DNA of 64,000 nucleotides, from positions 2,912 to 66,911 of IMG/VR virus record IMGVR_UViG_2877794441_000002; one strand, 5' to 3'. Below the pieces are notes generated by a model. It ran no database searches, had not been told where the DNA came from, and saw only the letters and a list, made by a program, of their open reading frames with translations. Source of the DNA: a virus. Taxonomy: Duplodnaviria > Caudoviricetes. The stretch's first letter is position 1; each line of letters begins with the position of its first letter. The position numbers were made by a program, and so were the translations under genes. This document shows positions 27,075 to 37,669 of the stretch, in pieces.

Positions 27075-28365
27075 ATCTCTATCCCAGGCATTGGGGGCTG
27101 CTGTCACCAAGCCTTCAGCCAGCATGAGTGAATGGCTCGGCAAGACCATCAAGCTGTCGGATGGAGGTTTCTGGAGCGCTTTCAACGGTGCCCAGTCCAG
27201 TAGTGGGAAGTCAGTCAGCGTCGACAAGGCCATGCGCCTGTCCACAGTGTGGGCATGCGTCCGGATTATCTCGACCTCGGTGGCCGGCTTGCCGTTGAGC
27301 ATCTACCGGCGGATGCCGGACGGAAGCCGGGAAAGTGCCCGGGACTTCCCGCTGTACGACGTTGTGCATAACAGCCCCAACGAGGATATGGCCGCCTTCC
27401 ATTTTTGGCAGGCAGTCGTCGCTTCGATGCTGCTCTGGGGGAACGCCTATTGCGAGATCCACCGATCTGCTGGTCGGGTCATCGCTCTGGACTTCCTGAT
27501 GCCGTCGAGAGTCGACCTCGAGTTCGACGATGACGGACGACTCAGATACTTCTTCAGGCCCCGTAAGGGCGCACGTCGAGAGATTCAGCGGCAGGACATG
27601 CTGCACATCCCAGCCTTTACCCTGGATGGTCGAGTCGGCCTTTCTGCTATTCGGTACGGAGCGGATGTGTTCGGTTCTGCGATGTCTGCAGATGATGCTG
27701 CCAACAGCACCTTCCGTAACGGCATGATGCCCACGGTCGCGTTTTCGGTCGACAAGACGCTGAACCCGTCCCAGCGCGTTGAGTTTCGTGAGTACGTGAA
27801 GACGATCTCCGGGGCGTTGAATGCCGGCAAGAGCCCCGTGCTCGAGCAGGGCGTGAAGCCGGAAATGATCGGCATCAACCCTGCTGATGCGCAGCTGCTG
27901 GAGTCGAGAGGACACAGCATTGAGGAAATCTGCCGCTGGTTCGGCGTCCCACCTTGGATGGTGATGAAGACCGACAAAGGCAGCAACTGGGGCACGGGCT
28001 TGGAACAGCAGCAGATCGCGTTTCTGACCTACTGCATTATGTCCTTCACGGCGCCGATCGAGCAGTGCGTGAACAAGTGGTGCATGACGGCGGTTGACCG
28101 GATCAAGTTCTACGCCGAGTACTCGCTTGAAGCATTCCTCCGTGCAGACAGCGCTGGTCGAGCGGCCTATCTCAGCACGATGGGGCAGAACGGCTACATG
28201 ACCCGAAACGAGGGCCGGCGGAAGGAAAACCTGCCGAGCATGCCGGGTGGCGATGTACTGACCGTGCAATCCAACCTGGTGCCACTTGACCAGCTAGGCA
28301 AGCAAAACGATAGCCAGGCCGCAAGGGCCGCACTGATGAACTGGCTCCAACAGCCGGAAAAGTAA
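27061..28365 (+). CDS. HK97-family portal protein
   Basis: VWACVRII, LLWGNAY, EICRWFGVPP. Confidence 0.95.
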   Translation: MSVIKSLSQALGAAVTKPSASMSEWLGKTIKLSDGGFWSAFNGAQSSSGKSVSVDKAMRLSTVWACVRIISTSVAGLPLSIYRRMPDGSRESARDFPLYDVVHNSPNEDMAAFHFWQAVVASMLLWGNAYCEIHRSAGRVIALDFLMPSRVDLEFDDDGRLRYFFRPRKGARREIQRQDMLHIPAFTLDGRVGLSAIRYGADVFGSAMSADDAANSTFRNGMMPTVAFSVDKTLNPSQRVEFREYVKTISGALNAGKSPVLEQGVKPEMIGINPADAQLLESRGHSIEEICRWFGVPPWMVMKTDKGSNWGTGLEQQQIAFLTYCIMSFTAPIEQCVNKWCMTAVDRIKFYAEYSLEAFLRADSAGRAAYLSTMGQNGYMTRNEGRRKENLPSMPGGDVLTVQSNLVPLDQLGKQNDSQAARAALMNWLQQPEK

Positions 28366-28381
28366 ATCACGGGAGCAATCC

Positions 28382-29239
28382 ATGAAGCACAAGATCCAGT
28401 CTCGCGGCCTGCGCAGCGAGATGAGCCCGCGCGCGCTCGAAAAATGGAATCCCGCGATCCAGGCGGCCGTCGAGAACACCTCGGACACCATCACTGTTTA
28501 CGGAGTGATCGGCGAGGACTGGTATGGCGAAGGCGTCACGCTGAAACGAATCGATGCCGCTCTGCGGGCAATCGGCGAGCGAGATGTCACCGTCTACATC
28601 AACTCGCCAGGCGGCGACATGTTCGAAGGCATTGCCATCTACAACCGCCTGCAGGAGCACAGCCACCAGGTCACCACCAAGGTGCTCGGCATGGCGGCTA
28701 GCGCTGCTTCGATTGTCTTCCTGGCCGGCAAAAAGCGTGAAGTTGCCAGCAGCGCCTTCCTCATGATCCACAACTGCTGGACCTGGCTCGCCGGCAATCG
28801 AAACTACCTGCGGGATATCGCTGACGACATGGAGGAGTTCGACGCCGCGATGGCAGACCTCTATGCCGAGACCAGCGGCCAGTCGGCAGAGGACATGGCT
28901 GAGCTGATGGACGACGAGACCTACATCCGTGGCAAGCGCGCCGTGGAGCTGGGCCTGGCCACCGGGCTGTTGTCGTCGACAGAGGTCACCGAGCGCGAAA
29001 CCGAAGACGCCGCGCAGGCCAATGCACTCAAGGCCATGGATGTAGCCCTGGCCAAGGGCGGCATGCCTCGTTCCGAGCGCCGTGAACTATTCGCCAGTTT
29101 CAAGTCCGGCATGCCTCGCGCTGCCGGCGGGGGTACGCATAACGCTGCCCCGCCCGATAAGCCTCGCGCTGTCGCGCCAGACCTCTCCGCCTCTCTGAGC
29201 GCGGCAACCAACCTCCTCAATTCTCTGAAAGGAAAGTGA
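28382..29239 (+). CDS. ClpP-like prohead protease
   Basis: INSPGGDMFEG, AASAAS, LMIHN. Confidence 0.93.
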   Translation: MKHKIQSRGLRSEMSPRALEKWNPAIQAAVENTSDTITVYGVIGEDWYGEGVTLKRIDAALRAIGERDVTVYINSPGGDMFEGIAIYNRLQEHSHQVTTKVLGMAASAASIVFLAGKKREVASSAFLMIHNCWTWLAGNRNYLRDIADDMEEFDAAMADLYAETSGQSAEDMAELMDDETYIRGKRAVELGLATGLLSSTEVTERETEDAAQANALKAMDVALAKGGMPRSERRELFASFKSGMPRAAGGGTHNAAPPDKPRAVAPDLSASLSAATNLLNSLKGK

Positions 29240-30423
29240 CCATGGACTTTGAAGCCCAAGTCAAGGAACTCAACGCCAGCCTCAAGGGCATTGGCGATCA
29301 GATCAAAAGCCAGGCCGAGGCGACCGAGAAGCAGATCAAGGCCTCCGGCGAAATGAATACCGAAACCCGCGCCAAGGTTGATGAACTGCTGACCAAGCAG
29401 GGCGAGCTTCAGGCGCGATTGGGCGAGGCCGAGCAAAAGCTCGTGAACGCAAGCCGGGATCGCAACCATCAGGAGGAACCGCAGAAGTCTGTAGGCGCCC
29501 TCGTGATCGAAAGCGAAGAAATGAAGGACATGAACTCATCCTTCCGCGGCTCTCGTCGTGTCTCCGTGCCGCGTGCAGCCATCACCACCGCAACCGGCGG
29601 TGACCTGGTGCAGACTCAGCGCCTGCCGGGGATTATTGCCCCAGCTCAACGCCGACTGACCGTTCGCGACCTGGTCGCGCCGGGTACCACCGAATCGAAC
29701 TCGATCGAGTACGTCCGTGAGACAGGCTTCACCAACAACGCCCGCACCGTGGCGGAGACCACTGCCAAGCCATACTCCGATCTCACTTTCGGCCTGACCA
29801 CTGCGAATGTGCGAACCATCGCCCATTTGTTCAAAGCCAGCCGCCAGATGCTGGACGATGCCAAGGCCCTGCAGAGCTACATCGACGGTCGTGCACGCTA
29901 CGGCCTGAATATGGCTGAAGAGGCTCAGCTGCTTTACGGCAACGGTACCGGTGTGAACCTGCAGGGCCTCATGACCGTTGCTCAACTGTACGCCGCCCCG
30001 GCTGGCGTTGCAGTAGTGGGCGAGCAGCGCATTGACCGCCTGCGCCTGGCTCTGCTGCAGGCAGAACTGGCCGAGTTTCCATCGGACGGCATCGTGCTCA
30101 ACCCGATCGACTGGGCGGCCATTGAGCTGACCAAGGACGGGGAAGGCCGCTACATCATCGGTCAACCGCAAGAGGGCACTAACGCGAAGCTGTGGAATCG
30201 TCCGGTGGTTTCCACCCAGGCCATGACCCAGAACGACTTTCTGGTTGGTGCCTTCAAGCTCGGCGCTCAGATCTTCGACCGCATGGAAATCGAAGTGTTG
30301 ATCTCGACCGAGAACAGTGATGACTTCGAGAAAAACATGGCAACGATTCGTGCTGAAGAGCGCCTGGCCTTTGCCATCTATCGCGACGAAGCGTTCGTTA
30401 CTGGCCCGTTGGTCACGCCTTAA
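29236..30423 (+). CDS. Major capsid protein (HK97 fold)
   Basis: Delta domain, RTIAHLFKASRQMLDD, IRAEERLA. Confidence 0.95.
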   Translation: MTMDFEAQVKELNASLKGIGDQIKSQAEATEKQIKASGEMNTETRAKVDELLTKQGELQARLGEAEQKLVNASRDRNHQEEPQKSVGALVIESEEMKDMNSSFRGSRRVSVPRAAITTATGGDLVQTQRLPGIIAPAQRRLTVRDLVAPGTTESNSIEYVRETGFTNNARTVAETTAKPYSDLTFGLTTANVRTIAHLFKASRQMLDDAKALQSYIDGRARYGLNMAEEAQLLYGNGTGVNLQGLMTVAQLYAAPAGVAVVGEQRIDRLRLALLQAELAEFPSDGIVLNPIDWAAIELTKDGEGRYIIGQPQEGTNAKLWNRPVVSTQAMTQNDFLVGAFKLGAQIFDRMEIEVLISTENSDDFEKNMATIRAEERLAFAIYRDEAFVTGPLVTP

Positions 30424-30471
30424 CCATCCCGCAGATCGGCGCCAGAAATGGCGCCGCAATGGAGTAATCCA

Positions 30472-31014
30472 ATGGCACGTAAACAGGAAACACCAGCCTC
30501 CACGGCTGATGCGAAGAATCCGGTCTCGACCGTTGACTCCACTGATGGCCCGCCTGAAGGTGACTCGCTTCTTTCGCCGGCCGCGGCACACCCTCCAGCA
30601 AGCGGTGACCCGGGCGATTCGGGCGACTCGGGGGCTCCTGCAACCGCTCGAGCTCCAGCGGAAGGCTCGGGCGTTGTGCCGGCACAAGGACAAGCAGTCG
30701 CTGGCACTGGCTCGGATGTCGTCACGGGCGATCAGGGTGCTAGCTCCGGCATCGCCGCTACTGACGCTGCGTTATCCGAAGACGCCAGTCAGGCCGCTTC
30801 AACCTTGGCTGATAGCAGCACCAGCGCTGAACAGTTGGCACAAGAGGGCCAGGCCAACCCTAACCCTGCGACTCTTCAGATTTATCCGCTGCGGTCTTAC
30901 ATGGATGAAGGCGAGCTTCGTCGTCGTGGCGGGCCTGCTTATACGGTCCCGCGCCGGCATGCGGAGGAACTGGTGCAGCGGAATCTGGCATCGCTCGAAC
31001 CGCTGAAGGAGTAA
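30472..31014 (+). CDS. Low-complexity hypothetical protein
   Basis: GGAG RBS; Ala/Ser/Gly-rich. Confidence 0.7.
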   Translation: MARKQETPASTADAKNPVSTVDSTDGPPEGDSLLSPAAAHPPASGDPGDSGDSGAPATARAPAEGSGVVPAQGQAVAGTGSDVVTGDQGASSGIAATDAALSEDASQAASTLADSSTSAEQLAQEGQANPNPATLQIYPLRSYMDEGELRRRGGPAYTVPRRHAEELVQRNLASLEPLKE

Positions 31015-31018
31015 GGGT

Positions 31019-31360
31019 ATGTCGGTCATTAGCTTGACCATTGCCCGGCATCATCTCCGAGATCCCGACGATGATGACGAATACCTGGAGCTGCTGATCG
31101 AGGCGGCAGAAGGGCAGGCTATGGACTATCTGAACCGTCGTTTCTATGCCGACCAGCAGGCGCTGGATGAGGCTGTCGGCGCCGGGGATGCTGGCGAGGC
31201 ACCCATGGTCTGCAACAAGCAGATCAAGGCCGCTTGCTTGCTGATCCTCGGCCACCTTTACGCGAACCGTGAGGACGTCGTGATCGGGACCATCGCCACC
31301 GAACTGCCGCAAGGTTCGAAGGCGCTCCTGACGCCGCATCGTATCGGGTGGGGCATTTGA
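31019..31360 (+). CDS. Head-tail connector (gp6-like)
   Basis: AACLLILGHLYANRE. Confidence 0.9.
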   Translation: MSVISLTIARHHLRDPDDDDEYLELLIEAAEGQAMDYLNRRFYADQQALDEAVGAGDAGEAPMVCNKQIKAACLLILGHLYANREDVVIGTIATELPQGSKALLTPHRIGWGI

Positions 31361-31683
31361 GGGCCGGGCCGCTGCGTCATCGGCTGCAGGTGGCTCATCG
31401 TCACGAGGAGAGGAATAAATCCGGGGGCGCCAAAGTGACGTGGCTGCCAGCTGCTCGCCCTGAAATGTGGGGTGAGATTCGTACCCCAAGCGGTCGGATC
31501 ATTGCGGTTGCTGAAAAGCTGAGTGCTGTTGTAACCGCCGAAATCATCGGCAGGTCGCGCCCAGATATCGTCGCAGGATCGCGCCTGACACGCCGGGGGA
31601 TCACCTACCAGGTTGAGGCCGTTTTGCCGGACAACGAAAACTCCTTGATGAGGCTTCTCTGCTCATCGGTACCTAACCCATGA
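31357..31683 (+). CDS. Head closure / head-tail adaptor
   Basis: RAGPLRHR N-terminus; position. Confidence 0.85.
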   Translation: MRAGPLRHRLQVAHRHEERNKSGGAKVTWLPAARPEMWGEIRTPSGRIIAVAEKLSAVVTAEIIGRSRPDIVAGSRLTRRGITYQVEAVLPDNENSLMRLLCSSVPNP

Positions 31684-31691
31684 GGTGAATG

Positions 31692-31862
31692 ATGAAAATT
31701 CGAGCACTAGGCCCCCTGACGGGCGCATCTGGTGAGCGTGAGAAGGGCGAAGAATTCGAGGTCGACAATGCCTATGGCGAAGGCCTGATTGCCCGGGGGT
31801 ACGCCGAAGCGGTCACCGACAAGGCCGCGAAGCCCGCAAAGGCTGATCCGGCCAAGGAGTAG
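31692..31862 (+). CDS. Small hypothetical virion protein
   Basis: GAGGTG RBS; MKIRALGPL...GEEFEV...LIARGYAE. Confidence 0.65.
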   Translation: MKIRALGPLTGASGEREKGEEFEVDNAYGEGLIARGYAEAVTDKAAKPAKADPAKE

Positions 31863-31865
31863 GGT

Positions 31866-32441
31866 ATGGCGCGCCGGTCGAGCCTTCGCGGTGACATCCG
31901 GCTACGCCGGACGCTGCGCAACATCCACAAGACGATGGACAACGAGTTGCAGCCTGCCATGGCCAAAGCAGCCGCGCGGGTACTCGAAACCCAGCGACAG
32001 CTGATCCCCAAGGATACCGGGGCTGCTGCTGCCGCCCTGCGTGTCTACGTCACCCCCAGCGGGCTGGATGCTCAGGTGGGCATACGGGGCAGGCGAGACA
32101 ATCGCCGATTCTTTTACCTGCGGTTCCTTGAGTACGGCACCAAGGGCTATTCCGGCAGCATGTACCAGCGAGCTGACCGGAACGCGATCGGCGGCGTGCA
32201 CACCAACAACCGCGACAAGTCGCAACTGAAAGGGCGGCGCAAGTCGATACGCCAGCGCGACACGAAGAACAAGTCCGATGGGCAGCACTTCTTCGGCAAG
32301 TACCCGGACATACCAGCGAGGCCGGCGCACCCATGGTTGCGGCCGTCTTTGGATGTAAACCGCGAGTTTGTGATGGCCGATTTGCAGGAAGCAGTCCGCC
32401 GAACGCTGCGTAAAGCAAGCCAGGGGGTAGGCAATGGCTGA
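31866..32441 (+). CDS. HK97 gp10-family protein
   Basis: FYLRFLEYGT, PAHPWLRP. Confidence 0.88.
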   Translation: MARRSSLRGDIRLRRTLRNIHKTMDNELQPAMAKAAARVLETQRQLIPKDTGAAAAALRVYVTPSGLDAQVGIRGRRDNRRFFYLRFLEYGTKGYSGSMYQRADRNAIGGVHTNNRDKSQLKGRRKSIRQRDTKNKSDGQHFFGKYPDIPARPAHPWLRPSLDVNREFVMADLQEAVRRTLRKASQGVGNG

Positions 32442-32820
32442 TCCATCTCTGGCACTGCAGGAGGCCATCTTCGCCAGGCTTCAGGCCGAGGTCAGCTGCC
32501 CGATATACGACGGCGCGCCATTGAATGCTGAAATGCCCTACGTATCCATCGACCGGGAGGTATCGGTCAACAGCAGCCCAATCGCGGGCCGGAAGCGCGA
32601 AACGCGTCTGTTGTACCTGTCCGTCTGGTCCGATGCCGTGGGCCAGGCCGAGGTAAAGCGCATCAACGGCGAAGTCATCGCCGCTTTGGACGAGCGTCGC
32701 CTCCCATTGGAGGTGGGCCGCGCGGTATCCATCCGGGTCGAGCAGGCCGACGCTCAGCGCGACGCCGACGGCATTACTTACCAGGGCTCGATCACCGTCC
32801 GCGTGATCACTACCCACTGA
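32434..32820 (+). CDS. Tail terminator (DUF3168-like)
   Basis: ALQEAIFARL...IYD...PYV; position. Confidence 0.82.
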   Translation: MADPSLALQEAIFARLQAEVSCPIYDGAPLNAEMPYVSIDREVSVNSSPIAGRKRETRLLYLSVWSDAVGQAEVKRINGEVIAALDERRLPLEVGRAVSIRVEQADAQRDADGITYQGSITVRVITTH

Positions 32821-32876
32821 ACTACCCACCGGCCGCGCCGCGGCTTTTTATCCAATGTGCCTTTGGAGGAACCCTC

Positions 32877-33377
32877 ATGGCCGACGACAACCTCAACACA
32901 GCCGCGGGCTGCCGCCTTGCCATCGGCGGAAAGACCGGTGCCGATAGCGAAACCAAGTACAAGGCCGACACGTACGTACAGGTGGGCGAGATCGAAGACC
33001 TGGGCGAATTTGGCGACACCTTCAGTGCCGTAAACTTCACTTCCCTGAGCGATGGCCGCGTGCGCAAGTACAAGGGCACCGCCGACGCGGGGAACATGAC
33101 CATGACCGTGGGCCTGGACAGTGGCGATGCTGGTCAAAAAGCCGTGTCGGTGGCGCACAAGGACCGCTCCAAAGGCAACTACAACGTCAAGGTCACGCTC
33201 AACGATGGTGACCCAGATGCAAGCCCTGTCATCCTGCCCACCACCTTCTACTTCGGGGTGAAGGTGATGAACAACACCGTGGCTCCAGGTGCGGCCGATA
33301 ACGTGGTGCGTCGCAATATGACGTTCGCGATCAACACCGACATTATTGAAATCCCTGCCGGCCCGGCAGTCCCTTGA
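32877..33377 (+). CDS. Major tail tube protein
   Basis: VGEIEDLGEFGD...RKYKGTADAG. Confidence 0.88.
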   Translation: MADDNLNTAAGCRLAIGGKTGADSETKYKADTYVQVGEIEDLGEFGDTFSAVNFTSLSDGRVRKYKGTADAGNMTMTVGLDSGDAGQKAVSVAHKDRSKGNYNVKVTLNDGDPDASPVILPTTFYFGVKVMNNTVAPGAADNVVRRNMTFAINTDIIEIPAGPAVP

Positions 33378-33417
33378 CCGAAGGGGCTGAGCCCCTTTCT
33401 TCGTTGCGAGAACCCCA

Positions 33418-33762
33418 ATGAGCGAAGCCTTGCATGGCACCGTCACGCTGGTGATCGGTGCGCGCAGCTACACCCTCAAGCCTACGTTGGATGCGGCACT
33501 GCGCATTGAGGCCCGCTTTGGCGGGTTGCGCGCAGCCCTAGAGTCCATGCGCCTGATGAGCATTGCTGCTTGCGCAGACATCGTCATCGCCGGCGCCGAC
33601 CTGAAGCCCGATCAGCACCCGGCCATCGCCGGTGAAGTATTCCACTCCGGTGTAGCCAAAGTGTCCGGTCAGCTGACCGAGTTCATCACTGTCCTACTCA
33701 ACCCTGTGCCGCCGAGCTTTGTCGCCCGGGGAAAGGACGAGGCGGCCAGCACAGCGCAGTGA
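33418..33762 (+). CDS. Tail assembly chaperone G
   Basis: Position; GGGAAAG slippery site near the 3' end. Confidence 0.85.
   Translation: MSEALHGTVTLVIGARSYTLKPTLDAALRIEARFGGLRAALESMRLMSIAACADIVIAGADLKPDQHPAIAGEVFHSGVAKVSGQLTEFITVLLNPVPPSFVARGKDEAASTAQ
33729..33735 (+). promoter_or_regulatory. -1 programmed frameshift site G GGA AAG
   Basis: Same heptamer as lambda G-T; the -1 frame is open into 33759..33995. Confidence 0.85.
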
Positions 33763-33995
33763 AGAACGGCAGCTACGTCGATTACCTATTCGGCGTGGCC
33801 ACCGGCTGGCTTGGCTGGCCGCCTGACACCGCGTGGCAGACCCCCATCCCGCAGATCATGCTTGCGCTCGATGCCCACCTCGACTGGACAGGGCGCGGGC
33901 AGGCTGACCAAGGAAAAGCCCAAGCTGCGCCCCAGAAGCAGGAGAGCGTCGCCGAAAAGCTCAAAAACTTCCTGCGGGGGAGGCCTCAACAGTAG
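33759..33995 (+). CDS. Tail chaperone T (frameshift extension)
   Basis: GWLGWPPDTAWQTP motif. Confidence 0.8.
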   Translation: MKNGSYVDYLFGVATGWLGWPPDTAWQTPIPQIMLALDAHLDWTGRGQADQGKAQAAPQKQESVAEKLKNFLRGRPQQ

Positions 33996-34040
33996 ATAGC
34001 GTGCCGCCTCCGGGCGGTTTTTTTGTGCTTGGAGATTTGC

Positions 34041-37000
34041 ATGGCCGACCAACAAGTCCAGGGGATGCTGGTCCAGATCGAGGCCACAACGGCTCAGCTT
34101 CGCCGGGAGCTGGCCAGTGCTGACCAGGTGGTGGCCCGCACCACTGATTCGATCGACCGCAATCTGGCCCAAGTCGACTCCGCGTTTGATAGCGCAGGTG
34201 GCGCGGCCCAGCAGGCTGGCGGGCTCATCCGCGGCGCCTTTGCCGCCGTGGCCGGTGCTGGCATCATCGGCAGCATCATCAAGCAGGTCGACGCCTACGG
34301 GCAGATGTCGGATCGGATGAAGGCTGCCGCCGGCAGTGCTGGCGAATACCAGATGGTGCAGGAACACCTGCTGCGCACGGCCCAGGAAACCTACCGCCCC
34401 CTGGCCGAGGCCCAAGAGCTGTACATTCGCACTGCCGATGTCATGCGCAGCCTGGGCTTCAACACCCAGCAGACACTCGACATCACCGACAGCTTCAGCT
34501 TCCTGCTGGTGACCAACGCCGCCGCCGCCGACAAGGCAGGCTCAGCGCTGGATGCTTACTCGAAAGCGCTGCAAACCGGCAAAGTCGAGGCCGATGGCTG
34601 GGTGTCCATTCAGGAGACCATGCCGACGATCGTCACGGCTATCGCCAACGCCACCGGCAAGAGCGCTGGAGAGATCCGCAAGCTGGGGGTGCAGGGCAAG
34701 CTATCGCTTGACGACATCAATACCGGGCTGCTGCGCACCGTTGAGGCCAACCGTAAGGCTGCGGCTGATATGTCCACCAGCGTACAGGACGCCTTGGTGA
34801 ACATCGGCAACGCCGTGCAGACCTTCCTCGGAAGGATGGAAGAGCAGACCGGCGCCGTAGCAGGCCTGTCGAATGTGCTGATTGCGCTGGCCGACAACGT
34901 CGACCTGGTGGCCGTGGCCATGGGGGGAGCTGGCGTCGCCGCGTTGACCAACTACGTCGCTAAGTCTGGGTTGGCCGTAAAAGCGGCCCTGGCCGACCGT
35001 GCCGCGCGTATCGCCCAGGCCGAAGCGGTGTTGCAGGCGGCCTTAGCCGATCAGCGCAAAGCCGAAACCGCTACCATCCTGGCAGCTCGCGAAGCAGTGG
35101 CGGCGCGTGGCACTGCTGTACAGACCCAAATGTCCATCCAGCTGGCGCAGGCGCGGCAGCGCGAAGCAGCCGCTACCACCGCGGTAGCAACCGCACAGGC
35201 CGGCCTTCGGACAGTCAGTGCAGGCCTGCTCAGCGTCCTGGGCGGGCCGATGGGGCTTGCCCTGTTGGCCGGCACGGCGGCTGCCAGCTTCCTGCTACTG
35301 AGCAACAACGCCGATCAGGCAGGCGTTAGCCTGGAGGATCTGCGCAAGCCGGTCGCCCAGCTTCGGGAGGAATTCGCAAAGCTCAACAAGGACCAGCGCG
35401 AAGCATCGCTGGTCAAGTGGCAGCAGGAACAGATCTCGTCGGCGGACAAGGTCAAGGATGCGTATGGCGACCTGGCCCAGTCCATCCGCTCTGCCGTGGT
35501 CACTGCGCCGGCGCGTGACTCCGGTGGTCAGTACAACCGGCAGTTGGCTGAGTACCAAGGCCTGGTTGATCGGCTCAACGAAGCGCGCACGGCGGGCCAA
35601 GGGCTTTCACCGATCCTGCAAGAGGTCGGCAACCGTCTTCAGCTGCCGTCCAGCACGGTGCAGCAGTGGATTACCCAGGCCGGTGCGGTCAGCGACGCCG
35701 ACCAGCGCTCGAACCTGATCGCCGAAACGCTGCGTGTGCTCACCGGCGTCACCCAAGAAAATACCTCGGCCACCCAGGCGAACAACGCCGCGAAGGTTGG
35801 CATGAGCTCGGCGGGTCAGACCTACCTGGAGACACTGCAGAAGCAGCTGGCCGGCCTCCAAGACAACGGCGATGCCACCAAGATCGCCAACCGCTATATC
35901 GAGGAAAATGCCGACCTCACCGACACGGATCGCCAGGCGATTCTTTCGGCGGCCAGCGCGATCGAGTCGCAGAAGAAGGCCAACAAGGATGCTACTGAGG
36001 GCACCAAGGACCGCACGAAGGCGCTGAAGGATGAGATCAAGGCCCTCGACGCCATCATCGACCGCGCGTTGCCGGAGAAAAAGCGGCTGGAGGATCTGGC
36101 GGAGGGTGTGCAGGGGCTGCGCAAGGCGCAAGCCGCGGGCAAGATCACCGCCGCCGAGATGGAACTTGGCATCAAGAACCTGAACACGGCCTACGCCGAC
36201 CCGGTTTTGCAGAAGCGTGCCGAGGAGGAGAAGAAGCTTGCAGAGATCCGCCGCAACAGCGCGGAGGCCTATCGCAAAGCCATGGAAGTGTTGCTGCAGA
36301 CCCGTCAGGACGCAATCAATGCGGATGTGGCCGGCGTAGGTATGGGCGATGACCAGCGTGAAGAGGCCGACCGGTTAAACACCGTCCGGCAGAAATATGC
36401 GGAGGCGCGTCGACAACTGGAGGAGCAGCAAGAGGACGTGTCGCGCCGGCTCAGTCAGGACGCCTACCAGCAGCGGCTGGCAGATCTCGCCGACTACCAG
36501 GCGCGTGAGTTGCAGATGGAGGTCGACGGCTTCGAGGCCAGATTGCAGGCGCAGCGCGACCACCGAAACGGCGCCAAGCGGGCTTGGGCCAACATCCAGG
36601 CTGACGCAGCGAACGTGGCTGGCGCGACTGACGACATGCTCACCACCGGTTTCAATACGGCACGTGACGCTGTGGCCGAGTTTGCCATGACGGGGAAGGC
36701 GAACTTCAAGAGCTTCACCGTTAGCGTGCTCTCGGATATGGCCAGGATCGCCAGTCAACAAGCAGCAAGCTCGTTACTGAGTGGGCTTGTGGGGCTGGGT
36801 GTCTCGGCAGTCGGCAGCTACTTCGGCGGCGGGTCCGGCAACGGTATGACTCCGGGATCTGCCGGAGCGATCTCTTCTAACCTGGGCGCATCCCAGGCTG
36901 GCTATGGAAGCACGTATTTTCCGCAGGCCCTAGGTGGCGCCTGGTCGGACGGTGTGCAGATGTTCGCCAAAGGCGCCGGGTTCGCCACCAACAACATTTT

Positions 37001-37331
37001 GAACACGCCGACCATGTTCGGCATGGGCAATGGCGGGCTGGGAGTCGCTGGTGAAGATGGGCCTGAGGCGATCATGCCTTTGGCCCGCGGTCCTGACGGA
37101 TCGCTGGGTGTACAGATGGTCGGCGGCTCCGCGAGCGGCGGCACACTCGTGCAGATTGATGCTCCTATGTATTTAACCGTTCCGGATAGGAGCGATGAGG
37201 GTATGGAGCTTGATAGCACTGCGCTTCAGCAGAACTTGCAGAAGCAGATGCAGGGTGTAGCTGAGCGAGCCATTACCGACTCTTGGCGCGCCGGTGGCGT
37301 GAGCTATCGAAACAGCAACGGGAGACGCTGA
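34041..37331 (+). CDS. Tape measure protein
   Basis: Long Ala-rich helical protein with lambda H-like C-terminus (GEDGPEAIMPL). Confidence 0.95.
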   Translation: MADQQVQGMLVQIEATTAQLRRELASADQVVARTTDSIDRNLAQVDSAFDSAGGAAQQAGGLIRGAFAAVAGAGIIGSIIKQVDAYGQMSDRMKAAAGSAGEYQMVQEHLLRTAQETYRPLAEAQELYIRTADVMRSLGFNTQQTLDITDSFSFLLVTNAAAADKAGSALDAYSKALQTGKVEADGWVSIQETMPTIVTAIANATGKSAGEIRKLGVQGKLSLDDINTGLLRTVEANRKAAADMSTSVQDALVNIGNAVQTFLGRMEEQTGAVAGLSNVLIALADNVDLVAVAMGGAGVAALTNYVAKSGLAVKAALADRAARIAQAEAVLQAALADQRKAETATILAAREAVAARGTAVQTQMSIQLAQARQREAAATTAVATAQAGLRTVSAGLLSVLGGPMGLALLAGTAAASFLLLSNNADQAGVSLEDLRKPVAQLREEFAKLNKDQREASLVKWQQEQISSADKVKDAYGDLAQSIRSAVVTAPARDSGGQYNRQLAEYQGLVDRLNEARTAGQGLSPILQEVGNRLQLPSSTVQQWITQAGAVSDADQRSNLIAETLRVLTGVTQENTSATQANNAAKVGMSSAGQTYLETLQKQLAGLQDNGDATKIANRYIEENADLTDTDRQAILSAASAIESQKKANKDATEGTKDRTKALKDEIKALDAIIDRALPEKKRLEDLAEGVQGLRKAQAAGKITAAEMELGIKNLNTAYADPVLQKRAEEEKKLAEIRRNSAEAYRKAMEVLLQTRQDAINADVAGVGMGDDQREEADRLNTVRQKYAEARRQLEEQQEDVSRRLSQDAYQQRLADLADYQARELQMEVDGFEARLQAQRDHRNGAKRAWANIQADAANVAGATDDMLTTGFNTARDAVAEFAMTGKANFKSFTVSVLSDMARIASQQAASSLLSGLVGLGVSAVGSYFGGGSGNGMTPGSAGAISSNLGASQAGYGSTYFPQALGGAWSDGVQMFAKGAGFATNNILNTPTMFGMGNGGLGVAGEDGPEAIMPLARGPDGSLGVQMVGGSASGGTLVQIDAPMYLTVPDRSDEGMELDSTALQQNLQKQMQGVAERAITDSWRAGGVSYRNSNGRR

Positions 37332-37669
37332 TGGCGATCGAAACATTTACCTGGACACCTGACGACGAGGCTGGCGGTGACAGCACCCTGCGGACTCGGA
37401 CATCACAGTTCGGTGACAACTATGCCCAAGTGTCCACCGATGGCTTGAACGCCGAAACAGACAGCTGGTCGCTGTCGTTCGGCGGCTTGGCGGACGAGGT
37501 CGCGCCCATCCTGGTCTTCATTCGACGACATCGTGGCGCTACCGCGTTCTTGTGGACCAATCCCGAGGGTTTACTCGGCATGTATCGCTGCAAGGCCTTT
37601 CGGCAGCAGCGCAAGCCGGGTGGGGTGGTGGTGCTGACGGCAACCTTTGAGAGAGCCTTTCATCCATGA
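37331..37669 (+). CDS. Minor tail protein M-like
   Basis: ETFTW...QFGDNYAQ...DGLN...FLWTNP. Confidence 0.88.
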   Translation: MAIETFTWTPDDEAGGDSTLRTRTSQFGDNYAQVSTDGLNAETDSWSLSFGGLADEVAPILVFIRRHRGATAFLWTNPEGLLGMYRCKAFRQQRKPGGVVVLTATFERAFHP

